DNA of 64,000 nt from Takakia lepidozioides (Eukaryota > Plantae > Bryophyta). Made by a program: the position numbers and the translations under genes. Positions 26,479 through 40,466 of the stretch are shown in pieces. The notes beneath the pieces were generated by a model. It worked only from the letters and a program-made list of their open reading frames with translations. It was not told the origin of the DNA and made no database searches. Location of the stretch: assembly GCA_030704615.1 (NCBI GenBank), contig CM060732.1, positions 71,610,001 to 71,674,000 on the forward strand, in the 5' to 3' direction. Position 1 is the stretch's first letter, and every line of letters starts with the position of its first letter.

Positions 26479-29205
26479 ATGGGCCAATTGTCCAGCACTC
26501 ATAGGCAAAGCCCTCTTCTTCTCTTTCACTTGCTCGTGCTGATGGTGGTCACATCGATGCTGATTCCGCTTCGGGCTCAAGAAGATACCTTTCACAGGGT
26601 GACTCAGCTGGCTTCAGTCCAAGCTCTAAAGCTTGAAAACACCCCTGAAACTCTTCAGTCTGCCGTCAAACTCACAGTCCTGAATGACCGTTCTTCGAGT
26701 TCTGTACACAAAGCTGGTGGCTACATTTGTGATGTCTCAGTATTTGGAGCTGTTGGAAATGGAAAGGTTCTTGACACCTCTTCCATACAGTCTTCGATCG
26801 ATACATGCGCAGGCAGGGGAGGGGGAATAGTCCACGTTCCTCCAGGGATCTATCTAACAGCAACACTCTTTCTGAAATCCAACATCACATTACGGATAGA
26901 CCAAGGGGCGACAATTCTTGCCAGCCCTGATCAGCAGAACTTCCCGCCGGCACAGTCCCAATGGTACACCATCATTGCAGAAAACGCAGAGAATGTGGAG
27001 ATCACAGGAGGAGGAGTGGTGGATGGGCAAGGACTGAAATATGTGGTTGAGTTCGCAGAGAAGAAGAATGTAATGGTGAGTTGGAATGAGACTGGTGCTT
27101 GCAGCGGCGACGAATGCCGACCGCGATTGATTGGCTTTATCAATTGCAAGAATGTACATGTCTGGAACATTCTGCTTCAGGAACCTGCGTACTGGTGGTA
27201 GGTTTTCGTTTCTATCCTTTTTTTTTTTTTTTCCTTCTCTCTCTCTCTCTCTCTCTCGTTCTTTCTCCAATACTCAATTTCAATGCAAGCGTAGACCTGC
27301 TTACCTGAATAGTGAGGTAAGGCAGCAAGAACAACTTAATTAATATGCCTGACCTTTGGCCATCGTGAAGAGGCGTGATGATTGCCCACTACTGGAGCGC
27401 ATACCACACACGCAAACACACACTCTGTGTCCCTCTCTCTCTCAGTCCTCCAAGCACCAATAACTACCAGACTTTCGGGGGGAGAATATGAAAACTGCAA
27501 AGTTTCTGGCCTTTCCTCTCATTGTGCCCAGCCTCTTTGAAGCATTGGTCTAACGCCAAAATAGGGGACTTCCCTTGGCACAACGATCCAAGAAATACGC
27601 AGGTTCTACTCTATTCTGGCATTACACAGCACATAGATGCTTGTCTGAAGGGCTTTCTAGAGTTTTCTTTGGAAAGCCCAAACTAATTGTTTATATCAAG
27701 GTAAGTCACACTACTGGAGTGAGCCCCTTCACAAAGGTAGTGCCTATTCCCTATGTTGCTGTCCAATCTGAGTGTGTGGGGTCTATGGCCACAAGGCCAC
27801 GTCTTATTCATACATTCTATTCTGGCAGTTGGATAGGTCTGGACCTTTTTTTTGCAGTTCTAATTAAGCTTCGTAAGGTTGAGGGCTGGACTGTGAACAT
27901 AGTACTTTTATGAACACATGAATGATGCCTCCTTCGCAGCTTACATATCCTCGATTCCGACGGTGTTTCAATACATGACCTCTCAATCTATGGTGACTTC
28001 AACACACCAAACACCGATGGCATTGACATACAATCCTCCAACAACACTGTGATCAAAGCTTGTCATATTGACACTGGAGATGATGCCATCTGTCCAAAGA
28101 CAACCTCAGGACCCCTGTATAACTTAACAGTCACAGACTGCTGGATAAGGACAAAATCGTCTGCAGTGAAGCTTGGGAGTGACAGCCGGCAAGACTTTCA
28201 TTCGCTCCACTTTGAGCGTCTTACTATTGTAGACTCTCACAGAGGCCTAGGGCTGCAGCTTCGGGATTCAGGTGCCTTCCTTACTCTTTTCTTTGACTTT
28301 CCCTGCTGTTTTGTTCTAAACCACCTTGAAGCATATTTCTAGTGAATGGCTCTTAGGGATGGTTCACTGAGTATGCAGAGACCCGTGACACTCAAGAGAG
28401 CGGTCAACAACCTATGGATAAAGATCAAACATAACAAAGGCCATTTTTCCTCCCTCCATCAATACATCGCGGTGGTCTTGGACTCTGAGGCAGTTGCTTA
28501 AATGCAAGCATACTCTGAGCCTGGTACCCCTCTGGTGCGGAGCCACTTATTTTTTTGGATTTTGGTTAGCTGGGGAAGGGGCATTCGATTATGAAATGAA
28601 ATCCTCGCAATATAGCGTAGCCCCTAACTGTGTCACACACTAAGACATGCTAAGCATCTGAGTCAAAGACAAAGGTGGACACAGACTGAAATCGCAATCT
28701 CTTACCCCTTCATCAAACAGGGAATATCTCCAATGTCACTTTTGCCAACATTCAGATGAGCACCCGCTACTACGATCCCTCCTGGTGGGGCCTAGGTGAA
28801 CCCATCTATGTAACCGCCTGCAACCGGGATCCTTCCTCTAAGGTAGGCTCTATTCGCAATGTGCGCTTCATCAATATCACTGCCACATCAGAGAATGGCA
28901 TCTTCCTTGCAGGCTCTAATGACAGCCATTTGCAAGGACTTGAATTCACTAACATAAGCATAAAACTTGTGAGATCGACAAACTATACAGGTGGACTCCA
29001 TGATCACAGGCCTGGCTGTCAGGGCCTAGTTGAGCACCGGATGTCAGGAGTTTTCATGGAGTACATTGAGAACATGTCGATGGAAGATGTTGAGTTGAGC
29101 TGGAGTCAGAATGCATTGCCAGACTGGGGGTTGCCACTGGATTTCACCTCATCCACTGTCTATTCTCTGGATTTAGAAGACTTTCAATCCTCCTACCCCA
29201 GCTGA
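26479..29205 (+). CDS. Glycoside hydrolase family 28 (polygalacturonase-like) protein; exons 26479-27197, 27940-28271, 28721-29205
   Basis: Signal-peptide-like N-terminus; FGAVGNG..DT..IQSSID, GGGVVDGQG, PNTDGID and TGDDAICPK motifs; GT-AG junctions that preserve frame. Confidence 0.93.
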
Positions 29206-30170
29206 GCTGCATCCACGGGATGATGACTTCAATTTTTGGAGACCTTATAATGTCATTAATGCCTGTTTTATTCTATCAATGTGGAGGTTGGGCTGTTAGA
29301 GCTTGTAATGCTGGTTCATGATTGGAACACTTACAGAGAACAGTATATCCATTCAATCTGAGACTTTTGAATTACCTGCAAATGATCTAACAAGATGCTG
29401 CCAGTATTAGACATCTCTATAGTTCTTAGCCCTAACTGCCCAAGTACATTTTTGCAAAACTGCTAAAAAAATAACAGCTACAGCCACGGAAAGCCTGCCC
29501 ATAACTTTCAGATACTTGACATCCATGAAAACTGACCACATAGATGAGCTACCTTGGCAAGCTAAATGCTACCACCACAAAAAATTCAGAAAACAATCAA
29601 ATCCCCTTTGGAAGGTGGGAGATTTTAACAAATTGATGGAGGACAAACAAGTTTACAGCAAAATTTCCTGGGCCAAAACATTGGTTATATGTATATGTAT
29701 ATCCTAAAATACAAGGTTTTTTTCTGGTTCTTTTTTGGGAGAACATTCTTCACGAGATAACCCACTTTCCCACAAGTTTTTAGCATTCTTTTGTGGAATA
29801 GACGAGTCAAAGGATGGGCAGCCAAAAAGTTCACTTGGATTTTTTGCTACAGCCTCAATCCATTGAACCTTGCAATTTGCAACAGTGAGATGCCTGTAGA
29901 ATGTGGCAGTTTCTAATAGATGCAACCCATGGTCATAAAACATGCTCTTTGCTCTCTTGAGTAAATATTTATTTTTTCCAACAAAAAAGGACACTGAGGC
30001 CCTGGAGCAATGAAACAATAAGTACTACAGAGCCCTTAATTCAAACCAAGGCAGAAAGTATGGATACAATGATAGATGAGTATTTGACAAAAATATGTCG
30101 AAGATTTATATGTTTTCATTCAGAAGAGACTACGCAGCTGCATGCATGTGGGTGTTATTTGTTTGCAGTG

Positions 30171-31784
30171 TCAAAGTGTTGAGGTCTGATACAGATGGGC
30201 GGGCAAGCGTGGCTTAGCGAAGGCAAGCAATGGCTTCAGCTTCGGTGTGGTCAGCCCTTCACTTTCTTCCATATCGATATCGGTAGCGCCTTTCTCCAGC
30301 AAAGGGGTCCAGTCGAAGCAGTGAATCAAGCTCGCAAGGCCCAACATTACTATTGTCGTTCCCAGAGATCCACCGGGGCAGCCTCGGCGGCCAGCACTGA
30401 AAGGGATGATACGCATCTTTGTGTCCCTGATATCGACACGCTCTGCATCATGAGTAGACTTTTCGCCGCCGTCTTCCATCCATCTCTCAGGTTTGAATTC
30501 TTCTACTTCCTCCCACAATCTAGGATTGCGCCCAAGGCCCCACCCACTGATCAATACCTGTGTGTCTTTCGGGATGATGTAGCCTCCCAGCTCACTATCC
30601 TCCATAGCTAAGTGCGGTATAAGAAATGCTCCAGGGGGGTGCATACGAAATGTCTCCTTCACCACGCACTCCAAGTATTTCAGCTTCCCCAAATCTGACT
30701 CAAGGACCATCCGTTCACACCCTACCACATGGTCGATTTCACTTTGTACTTTGCGAAGCAAGTCAGGGTGCCTGATCATCTCCGCCATAGCCCATTCGTT
30801 CGTGACAGCTGAGGTGTCAGTCCCTGCTGCTATCATATCTTGCACCAAGGCCTTTACAGTTTGGTCGCTAAGGTGTTCCTCACCATTCTCCCCGGGGAGG
30901 GATAATAAGACGTCCACAAAATCGGTTGCAGCGTTAGGGTCAGTGACCTCCTTAGACTTCTTTCTGTGCTCCTCAACAATTGACGAGTGGAAGGCGTCCA
31001 TGCTCTTCTCCACTTCTATCATCTTCTTCTCGTGGCCTCCCAGGTCTAACCACCTTAGAAACGGCAGAAAGTCTCCAATAGGAAAGACACCCAATAGCCG
31101 AAACACCTCGTGTGTTATCTTTTTGAAATCTTGGGCATCACCTTGTCTCGCGTTTCCTGCACCAAAGTACCGCTTTCCCAGAAGCATGCGTGTCATCACG
31201 TTCATAGACAGTGCTCCCAACGCGTCCTTGAGATCGGAAGCCTCGCCCTTAGAAGCGTCAGTCCAAACCGACTGTACCAAGTGACCCGCCTCTTCTGTGC
31301 GCTCCTTTCTGAACCCCTCCAGACGTTTGGGAGTCAAAAGCTCCATCATGCAGATGCGGCGCCCATTCTTCCAATGATTTCCATAGGGGGCCATCGCCAC
31401 ATCACCACCACCATAAGCCAGACGATCCACCGCGATTTTCTTTGGTCGGGATGCAAAGACATGGTCCTTAGACTTCAGAATCTCCTTGATGATATCTGGA
31501 TCGTCTATTACAACTGTACGCACTGAACCTAGACGTAGATATATTATGGGCCCAAATCTCCTATGTAGAGCATAGATATTATGATGGGGGAGGCGTCCCA
31601 AGTTCAGAAGATTGCCAATCACAGGCCATCCGGATGGCCCTGGAGGTAACAGCTTGCCTTTGTAGTATCGTCTGCGCTGTAGATAATTTTTCAACAAGCG
31701 TGCCACCAATGATAACACAATCAGCCAGAAAGCAACTAACACGATCCTTTCAAACTGTTCGAGAAATTGTCCCACGATGTCCAT
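30171..31784 (-). CDS. CYP703: Cytochrome P450 CYP703 family (sporopollenin fatty-acid in-chain hydroxylase), single exon
   Basis: LPPGP hinge; LAYGGGDVAMAP, RRICMMELLTPKRLE, DFVDVLLSLPGENG and QDMIAAGTDTSAVTNEWAMAE recalled as CYP703 signatures; ETFR; PFSAGRRGCPG heme motif. First ATG at 31784. Confidence 0.93.
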   Translation of the reverse strand: MDIVGQFLEQFERIVLVAFWLIVLSLVARLLKNYLQRRRYYKGKLLPPGPSGWPVIGNLLNLGRLPHHNIYALHRRFGPIIYLRLGSVRTVVIDDPDIIKEILKSKDHVFASRPKKIAVDRLAYGGGDVAMAPYGNHWKNGRRICMMELLTPKRLEGFRKERTEEAGHLVQSVWTDASKGEASDLKDALGALSMNVMTRMLLGKRYFGAGNARQGDAQDFKKITHEVFRLLGVFPIGDFLPFLRWLDLGGHEKKMIEVEKSMDAFHSSIVEEHRKKSKEVTDPNAATDFVDVLLSLPGENGEEHLSDQTVKALVQDMIAAGTDTSAVTNEWAMAEMIRHPDLLRKVQSEIDHVVGCERMVLESDLGKLKYLECVVKETFRMHPPGAFLIPHLAMEDSELGGYIIPKDTQVLISGWGLGRNPRLWEEVEEFKPERWMEDGGEKSTHDAERVDIRDTKMRIIPFSAGRRGCPGGSLGTTIVMLGLASLIHCFDWTPLLEKGATDIDMEESEGLTTPKLKPLLAFAKPRLPAHLYQTSTL

Positions 31785-33545
31785 CTCGTCGTCTTCCTTC
31801 CTATCAGACAAGAATGAGCTGCACGAAAACAGGAACTAAATCTCAGGCAGGAATGAGCTGCTGCACCAAGACAGGAACTAATATCAGACAGGAATGAGCT
31901 GAAAGAAGACAGGAACAAGGAGAATCTTTAGTACGTAGGTGTGTATCAATGCGAAAACTTTAGCAGGGTTGTGAGAGCTCAAAGGGGAGCTTCCGCAAAC
32001 AAATGTTATTCTGTGGGTTTGCAGTTTGCAGGTGGGCTTTTATACGCAGTAGATCGCACACCAAAATAGATACACTTTTGGCCCAAAAGTTGGCTACTCT
32101 TTTACCTCAAAATAGATTTTCTTCTAAGAATACTGTTTTTTTTTTATAAAATATTTAAAGAAAGGGAAACACCTGGGAGCGACGGAGCGACACTGCTTTT
32201 ATCTTCTTTTTCATAGAAGTACTCTGGTTCTTTTTCTTTTTCTTTTTCTTTTTCATTTCTTTTCCACGGAAAAGACTCGTTTTTATTAAGCTTTTTAGAA
32301 AAAATTTAAGTTATCTAGAGGGGCAATGTCGTCGATTAACATGAGCCAATTTTTGGATGTATGGATGGATGTGGGGAAAATAAACCTCCTTTATGAGCCT
32401 AGGAGGCATTACAGGTGGAGAGCCCGAGCCCTAAGGTAGAGAGACAGATGACAGGGGTTTGAACCCCAAATCCCCATGCCAATGCACGAGTGTCTTACAA
32501 GACCGGGCCACAACCCCGATGCGCTAAATATTGATGTACTTGTAATGCCGCCAATAGCCAGAAAGGGGGTTTATTTCAGTGTTGGGCGGGTCCGGGTTTT
32601 GACCCCGGGTACCCGGCGGGTTAGGATCATGGTTACCCGGACTTGCACCCGGACCCGTGCTATCAACAAAAACCCCTACCCTGACCCTGGTTTTAGATCC
32701 CCGGAACCGGGCCCGCCTCCTGGGTCCATAACCCATTAAACCCGCTACCCCGCGGGCCAGAGTAGCGGATGAGGGTCCGTGTCTTAATTTCAGGTTGGGC
32801 ATGCGGGGTCCACCTTAGATGTGGTAGGCTCTGCAATGTGTCGAGCTGTGAAGCCTTAAAACAAGCCTGAAGCATATACTCCTTTCCTCTCAAGAAGCAA
32901 GGTTTCACAATAAAAGGGCAAGCGGAAAGAGCAGGCGACTTGCGAGAGGAGGATCAAACACACGGATCTGACACAAAGCAGCTCTCATCCAAAGCTTGTA
33001 CACTCACTTCACATATACACTAACACCTGAGTACACCGCCCTGACCTTGTGTCAGGGCGCCGTCTTTATACAAAAGACCTAGCTTCAGTTGCCCGCCGCG
33101 TGGCAAGGCGTCACAAGCCAAAACCCACGGCACCGTTTAGACACCCTAGATTAGATGAAGGGCCAGGATGTGGCCACCAACCAAAACTAACCCTAACCTA
33201 GATATCATTGTAACGGTTTAACGGCATTATACGCCAAAAATTTATACTATGGATGTGTATTGTCGTTTTGGATGAAACGGGTCATTTCTAGCCTAGGATA
33301 GGATGGGCCATCACATCTGTGAAGCCTACCCCCCACGAAAAATCCTGAGCTCCGCGAAGGAAAACAAATAATAAGAAAATATCACCCTCCACTGCTGGGT
33401 GAAAAACCTACCAACGGAAAACCTGGCACCTGCAAGTTGGGCCGAGGACAAAACCCTTGACTAGGAAAACCGTGCAGGGAGTACAGATGGTGATATACCA
33501 TGAAACTAAAATGTTTCTAAGTCCTAGAGAGGTCAAGTCATAGGA

Positions 33546-36500
33546 TGTCGTGCACCTCACTTCGATAAGCTCCCCTTCAAGTCATAGTTACTCGCTTTGA
33601 TGCGCGCGCCTAACTCCCAACCTGGCCGCCGGGCCAACTCGGAGTTTCGGCTGCTCACCGGGACATAACAGTCCCCATTTTCTCCCCCAACAGACCCTCC
33701 ACCAATTTGGGCCTAGTAAGAATTCCTTTTGGTAGATGGCAGTCCAGAATAGCTCCTCACTCCTTGGTTGCTTTCCGGCTCGCACGCTTACTCACTAGTT
33801 TTTGGTCACCAACGGGCTTGCACCGTTCTCGGGGTTACTACTCCCTATATATACTTCTGTGACTGTCCGCGGGGGTTTCACAAACAACCATGCCATTTTA
33901 TGGCGAACCACCACGAAGACCCTCGATTCCCGGTGATGAGTCGCGGTGAGTCTTGGCCCACCCAACACGGCCCCATTGGACTGTGGTGAGTCCCAAGACT
34001 CCCCACGACTCCCACCACAAGGTCTCCGCCCCATGGTGAGTCATATGCCACCCCCACTAAGTCCCACTAAGCTACCTCCACCCCTTGTAGAGCCACCCCC
34101 ACCGCAACCCGGTGTGCGGGGCTCCACCTAGTGAGCACCTCCGCCTCCTTGTGTGCCTTGGGCACTCAAGGGTGCTTCAGCCCCCCGTACCTATTGTTGC
34201 CACCGCCCCCACCACAGGGGCAGCCCCTCTGCGTCCCGACCCCCTGCCCTCAAGGCAAAGGGCCGCGACACACACCCCTACCAACAGGGAGTCGATGTCC
34301 TCATCGACTTGTCCATTTTGTAGAAACAAACATCCAAGTTGTGGCATCCCACATCAAGGAGTTTGTTTCCGCACCATGGCGTCCCATGGCAAGGAACCAA
34401 ACCCCACACTTGACTCTACTCTCCACTAGCTAGTTCGGCCGACTTCCTCCAAGTCCCGGCCAAGGGTGGAGCCTCTCAAGCTCATCCCAGTGCACTCTTC
34501 TTGGCCTACTTCAAGGCCAAGGAACAATCCTCCCCGAGGATCAAATCGCCACTTGCGACCGCTCATGATGCCGCTTTTGGCATTACCTTGAGCAAAGGTT
34601 CACATTGAACCCTTTTTTACTAGGAAGATAACATTGAACCAACCGTGCGCCCCAATCACTACAATTGGGTCCGCCTTGGAATGCTGGCCTGAGGTACGGG
34701 AACACGCCGAAGCCGCATTACGACTTCGTCCCGAGGCTACACGATTATAGTACGTGAACGGAAGCACATAGCTTCCGCGTTAGCCCGCACTACAAGGCAA
34801 CCCCCTCGGTACGCGCCAGGTGCGCACTAGCACGTAAACTCCCAAAGAAGACGCAAGTTTCTTTGCCCCTTGGATGGGAGTCACCTGATTTCGGCACTGC
34901 GCAAACACACGATTAATCCAATTTACCTCTCCCACTTTTGTAAGCTAGCATGCATTCTAGACACTAGCCAACCAAACCATGCATCACCATTCCAAACAAA
35001 ATAGGAGGCGCAACATTTGGAAACCATTTCATTTATAATAAAATTTGTACAACACAAGTTTTTGCAATCGGATTCCTGAGCTAGCTAAGCCGGGCTAAGC
35101 ATGCATTTCCTCCCCCATGATCCAAGGTTGATGTCCCCATCAACCCTTCTTCTACTTTTGAGGTCGCCCTTCGAAAGCTGCAACCGCCTCGGATGCATTT
35201 CTCATTTCTGAGGCACGCACCCAAGATGCCTCCACATGATGATAGCCCTTCCATTTCACAAGATACTCCATTTCTCGATTCTTGAACCTCCTCGACTTAA
35301 GCACTGCCTCCACTCATACTTAGGTTCATTGTCATGATCCAACAGCACAGGTAGCGGACGCAACACTTGATGCCGATTCGGATGCGCTTCATCTTTGAAG
35401 TGCGGCTTCAAAAGGGAGACGTGAAATACCGGATGCATCTTGCTGTTTTCCAACAGCTCCAATTCATACACATCCTCATTCATAACCTTCTGGATGCGAA
35501 AGGGTCCCGCATACGGAGGTACGAACTTCGGGCTCACTTCCGGAGGTAGTCGGAAATTCTTGATGTTCAACCAGACCTCTGTGCTTGCCTCAAACTTAAC
35601 TTCCCTCCGCTTTCGATTCGTCTGCCTTTCATACCGTTTCCTAGCTTTGGCAATGTTGTACTTTGCGAGCTTCAACAAACGCTCACGTTCTTCTAGCACC
35701 GCTGCTGCTGCTGGTTCCTCAACGTCTTGGGCGGCCCAACTTGTCGGCACCAGAGGTGCTTTTCCATAGACCAATACGAAAGAGGAAACTCCCGTTGCGG
35801 AGTATTTTGTGTTATTATAACAGAACTTTGCCGCATCCAAGTGCTCCACCCAGTCCGATTGGTCTGCCAACACGTAATTCCGCAGGATCTGCTTCACCAC
35901 GGAATTCACCCTTTTCGTTTGGCCGTCCGTCGCAGGTCGGAAGGCGGTGCTCATCTTGAGCCTCGTCCCTATCTTCTTTCAAAGTGCCCTCCAAAATTTA
36001 CTCGTAAATTTTGGATCGCGGTCCGAGACAATATCCTTCGGGAGTCCATGATGCTTGAAGACGTGGGCGAAGTAAAGTCGCCCCATCTCCTGCGTCGTTG
36101 CCGTCTCCTTGGTGGGAATGAAATGGCCCATTTTACTGAACCTGTCCACCACCACCATGATCGCATAGAATCCTTTTGACAACGACATAGCAGTCATGAA
36201 ATCCATCGAGACACTTTCCCAAGACCCCTCTGAAATCGGCAAGGGTTGTAACAGCCCCGCTTGCTTTTTGTACTCGCTCCGGTTTTGTTGGCATGTGGTG
36301 CATGTCTTGACATACTCCTCGACCTCCTCCCTCAGTTTGGGCCAAAAATACTCTTTCGCGCTTGGCTCCGTCGTGGCCCGCAAGCGGGCTATCATGGCAT
36401 TCCCTCAAGAGACTATCTCTGATCCCTCCCTTCGGCACGTAGAGGCGTTTTTGCTTATACCGGAGCAGTCCATTTTGTAAGTAGAATTGCGATTTAATCC

Positions 36501-39500
36501 CCATCCTCAAGTCCCGCATCACGGAATTCGCCATCTCATCCTTCCGGTAAGTCTTCCGGATCTTCCTTTGGAGCGCCGTCTCGCCCCTGTACTCCAACAT
36601 GAGCTGCTGCTTTCTACTTAAAGCATCGGCCACCACATTGTCCCGTCCCGGTTTGTACTGGATATCCACGTCGAACACCGCCAAAGTATCTTGCCACCTA
36701 AATTGTTTTGGGGACAACTTAGGCTGCGTGGCAAAATACTTCACCGTGACATTGTCCGTGAACACCTTCACCGGGTTGGAACCAACATAGTGGCGCCAAA
36801 GCTCAAGGCAATGCACCACCGCCTTCATTTCCTTCTCATGCGTAGGCCACCGTCGCTCTACTTCATTCAGTTTCTTACTTTCGTAAGCCACTAGACGTCC
36901 ATCCTGCATGAGTACACACCCCCTATAGTGAAGTCCGACGCATCCGTATGAATCTCAAATGAACGGTCGAACTCCGGGATTTTGAGGACTAGAGCTTCCG
37001 CCATCCACTGCTTCAACTCGACAAATGCTTCAACTCGACAAAAGCTTGACCACAAAAGGTGTTTCATACCCAGACTTTGGATTTACACAAAAGGTCTGAC
37101 AGCGGCCCCGCGATCTTGGCGAAATTTCTCACATACTTCCGGTAATAGGAGGCGACTCCTAGAAAGGATCGCACTCCCGGGACCGAAGTCAGAGGCTCTC
37201 AGTCCAAGATCGCCCTCACCTTTCTGTCATCCATTTTGATCCCATCTTGTGTAATCACATGCCCCAGGAACTCCACTTTTGTGACCCCGAATTCGCACTT
37301 TGAAGCTTTGGCATACAGCTTCTCTTCCCGCAATTTCTGGAACACTCTTTTGAGGTGCTCCAGGTGTTCTTCCGTTGTTTTTGAGTATACCAAGATGTCG
37401 TCGATGTACACGATCACAAAGTCATCCAGCCACTTCTGGAAAAGGCTGTTCATTAACGTGCTAAAGGTCGCAAGTGCGTTGATGAGTCCAAAAGGCATCA
37501 CCAAGAACTCATACGAACCATATCTTGTCATGCACGCATTTTTCTCCTCATCTCCTTCCGCCACTCGGATTTGATGGTAGCCGGAGCGCAAATCGATCCG
37601 GCTGAAATACTTCGCTCCTGCCAACCGATTGAAGAGGTCGTCGATTCTTGGCAAAGGGTACCGGTTCTTGATAGTCACCTTATTCAGAGCCCTGTAGTCG
37701 ACACACATCCACAGCGTCCCATCCTTCTTGTCAGCGAATAGCACCGGGGCTCCGTAAGGTGACTTACTCGGCCGGATGTACCCCTTTGACATTAGATCCT
37801 TGAGCTGAGTCTTCAGCTCGACCAACTCTCTGTGGCTCAACCGGTAGGGCGCCTTGGCAGGTGGCTCCGATCCCGGTATCACCTCAATCTTGTGGTCAAC
37901 TCCCCTTCGCGGTGGCAAGCCGCTTGGTAAATCCTCCGGCATCACATCCTGGTATTTCTTCAAAATCCCCTTGATCCAATCTAGGCTCGGCTCCCCATCG
38001 CCTTCTCCCTTCACTTGTCTTACATAAAGCAAAAATTGGGGCTCGTGTGACTCCTCCACGGCCCACTCCTTTGCTGACAACAGGTTTATTCGCCCTCCCA
38101 CTGGGTTGGACGTTTCCGACACTCTTAAAACTTCGTCACCATTCCCACACGGTAGCGTGACTATTCTCTTGCGGCCATCTATAACCGCTCCGGATTTGCT
38201 CAAAAATGTCATCCCCAGAATGAGATCCACTCCAACGATCTCACAAATGGTGAAGTTCTCACGTCCCTCCCAATTCCCAAGCTGAAGAGGGACATTGAAC
38301 GCCAACCTCGTCGCCAATTGTGGTTCTCCTTTAGCAGAACGCACCTCAATAGAGGCCCCCACATCACTTGTCGGGAGTCCCAGCTTCCGTGCCGTTGCCG
38401 GTGCCATGAAGGAGTGCGACGCTCCTGTGTCCACCAACAACGACACGTTAGTTCCGGAAATTATCCCACTCACGAACAAAAACTGACTCCCTTTACGCAG
38501 GGCGCCAGTTTCTTGATACAACTCACAAGAGTAGTTGCCTACCTTGCAAGTCTTGGCGACCACCGCTTCCACCATGCGGCTGATGGAATCTTCCGACAGC
38601 TCTGTCCAATTGTCGGGGATTTGTGCACTTCTTAGCCATGTGCCTGGGCTCCCCGCAATTAAAGCACACTCCATCAAAGGTCGCCTTTTATCCGCCATAA
38701 GCCGTCGCACCTGATTTTCCTTTCGGAGCACTGGGTGTCATCTTGGTATGTGAAGGCCCTCCTTTCGATTTCCACGTGCCATTGTCGCCGCGTGGCCTAT
38801 CCCACTTCTTTTCCGGTCGAAATGAGTCACCCTCCTGCCGGGTCTTCTTGTGGTTCAGCTCCGTACGGCCTTGTCTTTCGCCCCTAGGGACATCCGAGAA
38901 ACATTCAGCCCTCTCAGTTGCCTCGTTCAAAGTCTTAGGTGGCTTCTCCTCCAACTTTCGCCTGGCCCATGGGGCCAATCCCGCCACAAAGTTGAAGACC
39001 ATTTCTGGTTCTGCCATGTTTGCGACTTCGAGCAACAACACATTGAAAGCCTGAACATATCCCCGAATGTCATCCGTTTGCTTCAGATTCCTCATCTTGT
39101 CTCGGGCGAGCTAGGACGCGTTGAGGGGCACAAAGTGTCTCTTCATCAGTTCCTTGAACCCACTCCAGTTCAAGGTTTCCGGGTTTGGACCTCGGTCGTG
39201 AAGGCATTTCTGCCACCATTGTTGAGCATAGCCTCTCAAATAGGTGGGAGCCACTTCCACCCAATCCTCGTTACTCAACTTGGCCGCCCGGAAGTACTGC
39301 TCTAGCTCCAAGAGCCAGGTGTTGAGTGCTTCCCGATTTCGGACGCCCTCGAAGGTGTCGGGTTCCTTAGGCTTCACCTTAAACTTTGCCTTAGTGGAAG
39401 TGGCATTAGCCGCCTTCAACACATCTTTCAACGTCCCGCCAAACTGCGCCAACAACCCTTTCCAAAAGGATGCTGGCATGGGAGGCATCTATTGGTCTGT

Positions 39501-40466
39501 CGGAGCTCTCTGGAATTCCTCGGGCTCTGACTCCTCAGATTCCTCCCATTCTTGAGCGGCCTCGTTTTCAAAAGCATGCATCGCTTCCTCAAACGGCCGC
39601 TTCGGTTACACGTCGCCCCCATCGGGCTCACCAGGATCATCATCTTTTGGGCCGTTCCGCTTTCGCTTTGGCTTGCCCGACCCCATGATGAGGCCGATCC
39701 CAAGGACGATCACATACTGAACTCTAAGCTCTGATACCAAGTGTCGCGCACATCACTTCGGTAAGCTCCCCTTCAAATCATAGTTACTCGCTTTGATGCG
39801 CGCGCCTAACTCCCAACCTGGCCGTCGGGCCAACTCGGAGCTTCAGCTGCTCACCGGGATATAACGGTCCCCCTTTTCTCCCCCAACAGACCCTCCACCA
39901 ATTTGGGCCTAGTGGAAATTCCCTTTGGTAGATGGCAGTCCGGAATAGCTCCCCACTCCTTGGTCGCTTTCCGGCTCGCACGCTTACTCACTAGTTTTTG
40001 GTCACCGACGGGCTTGCACCGTTCTCGGGGTTACCACTCCCTATATATACTTCTGTGACTGTCCGCGGGGGTTTCACAAATAACCATGCCATTTTATGGC
40101 GAACCACCACGAAGACCCTCGATTCCCGGTGATGAGTCACGGTGAGTCTTGGCCCACCCACCACGGCCCCATTGGACCGTGGTGAGTCCCAAGACTCCCC
40201 ACGACTCCCACCACAAGGTCTCCGCCCCATGGTGAGTCCTATGCCACCCCCACTAAGTCCCACTAAGCCACCTCCACCCCTTGTGGAGCCACCCCCACCG
40301 CAACCCAGTGTGCGGGGCTCCACCTAGTGAGCGCCCCCGCCTCCTTGAGTGCCTTGGGCACTCAAGGGTGCTTCAGCCCCCCGTACCTATTGTTGCCATT
40401 GCCCCCACCACAGGGGCAGCCCCTCTGCGTCCCGACCCCCTGCCCTCAAGGCAAAGGGCCGCGACA
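33546..40466 (-). mobile_element. Near-full-length chromovirus LTR retrotransposon (Galadriel-like), gag-PR-RT-RH-INT-chromodomain, with frameshifts
   Basis: 725-bp TG...CA LTRs at 33546-34270 and 39742-40466; TSD TAGGA; PBS TGGTATCAGAGC (iMet) at 39728-39739; LVDTGA, YIDD, THEKEMKAVVHCL, SMDF motifs; chromodomain EYLVKWKGY at ~35200-35330. Confidence 0.96.

Noticed and set aside
32578-32800. ACCCG/CGGGT-rich hAT-like MITE
   Set aside because: One CAGTGTT end seen but no matching second TIR or TSD.
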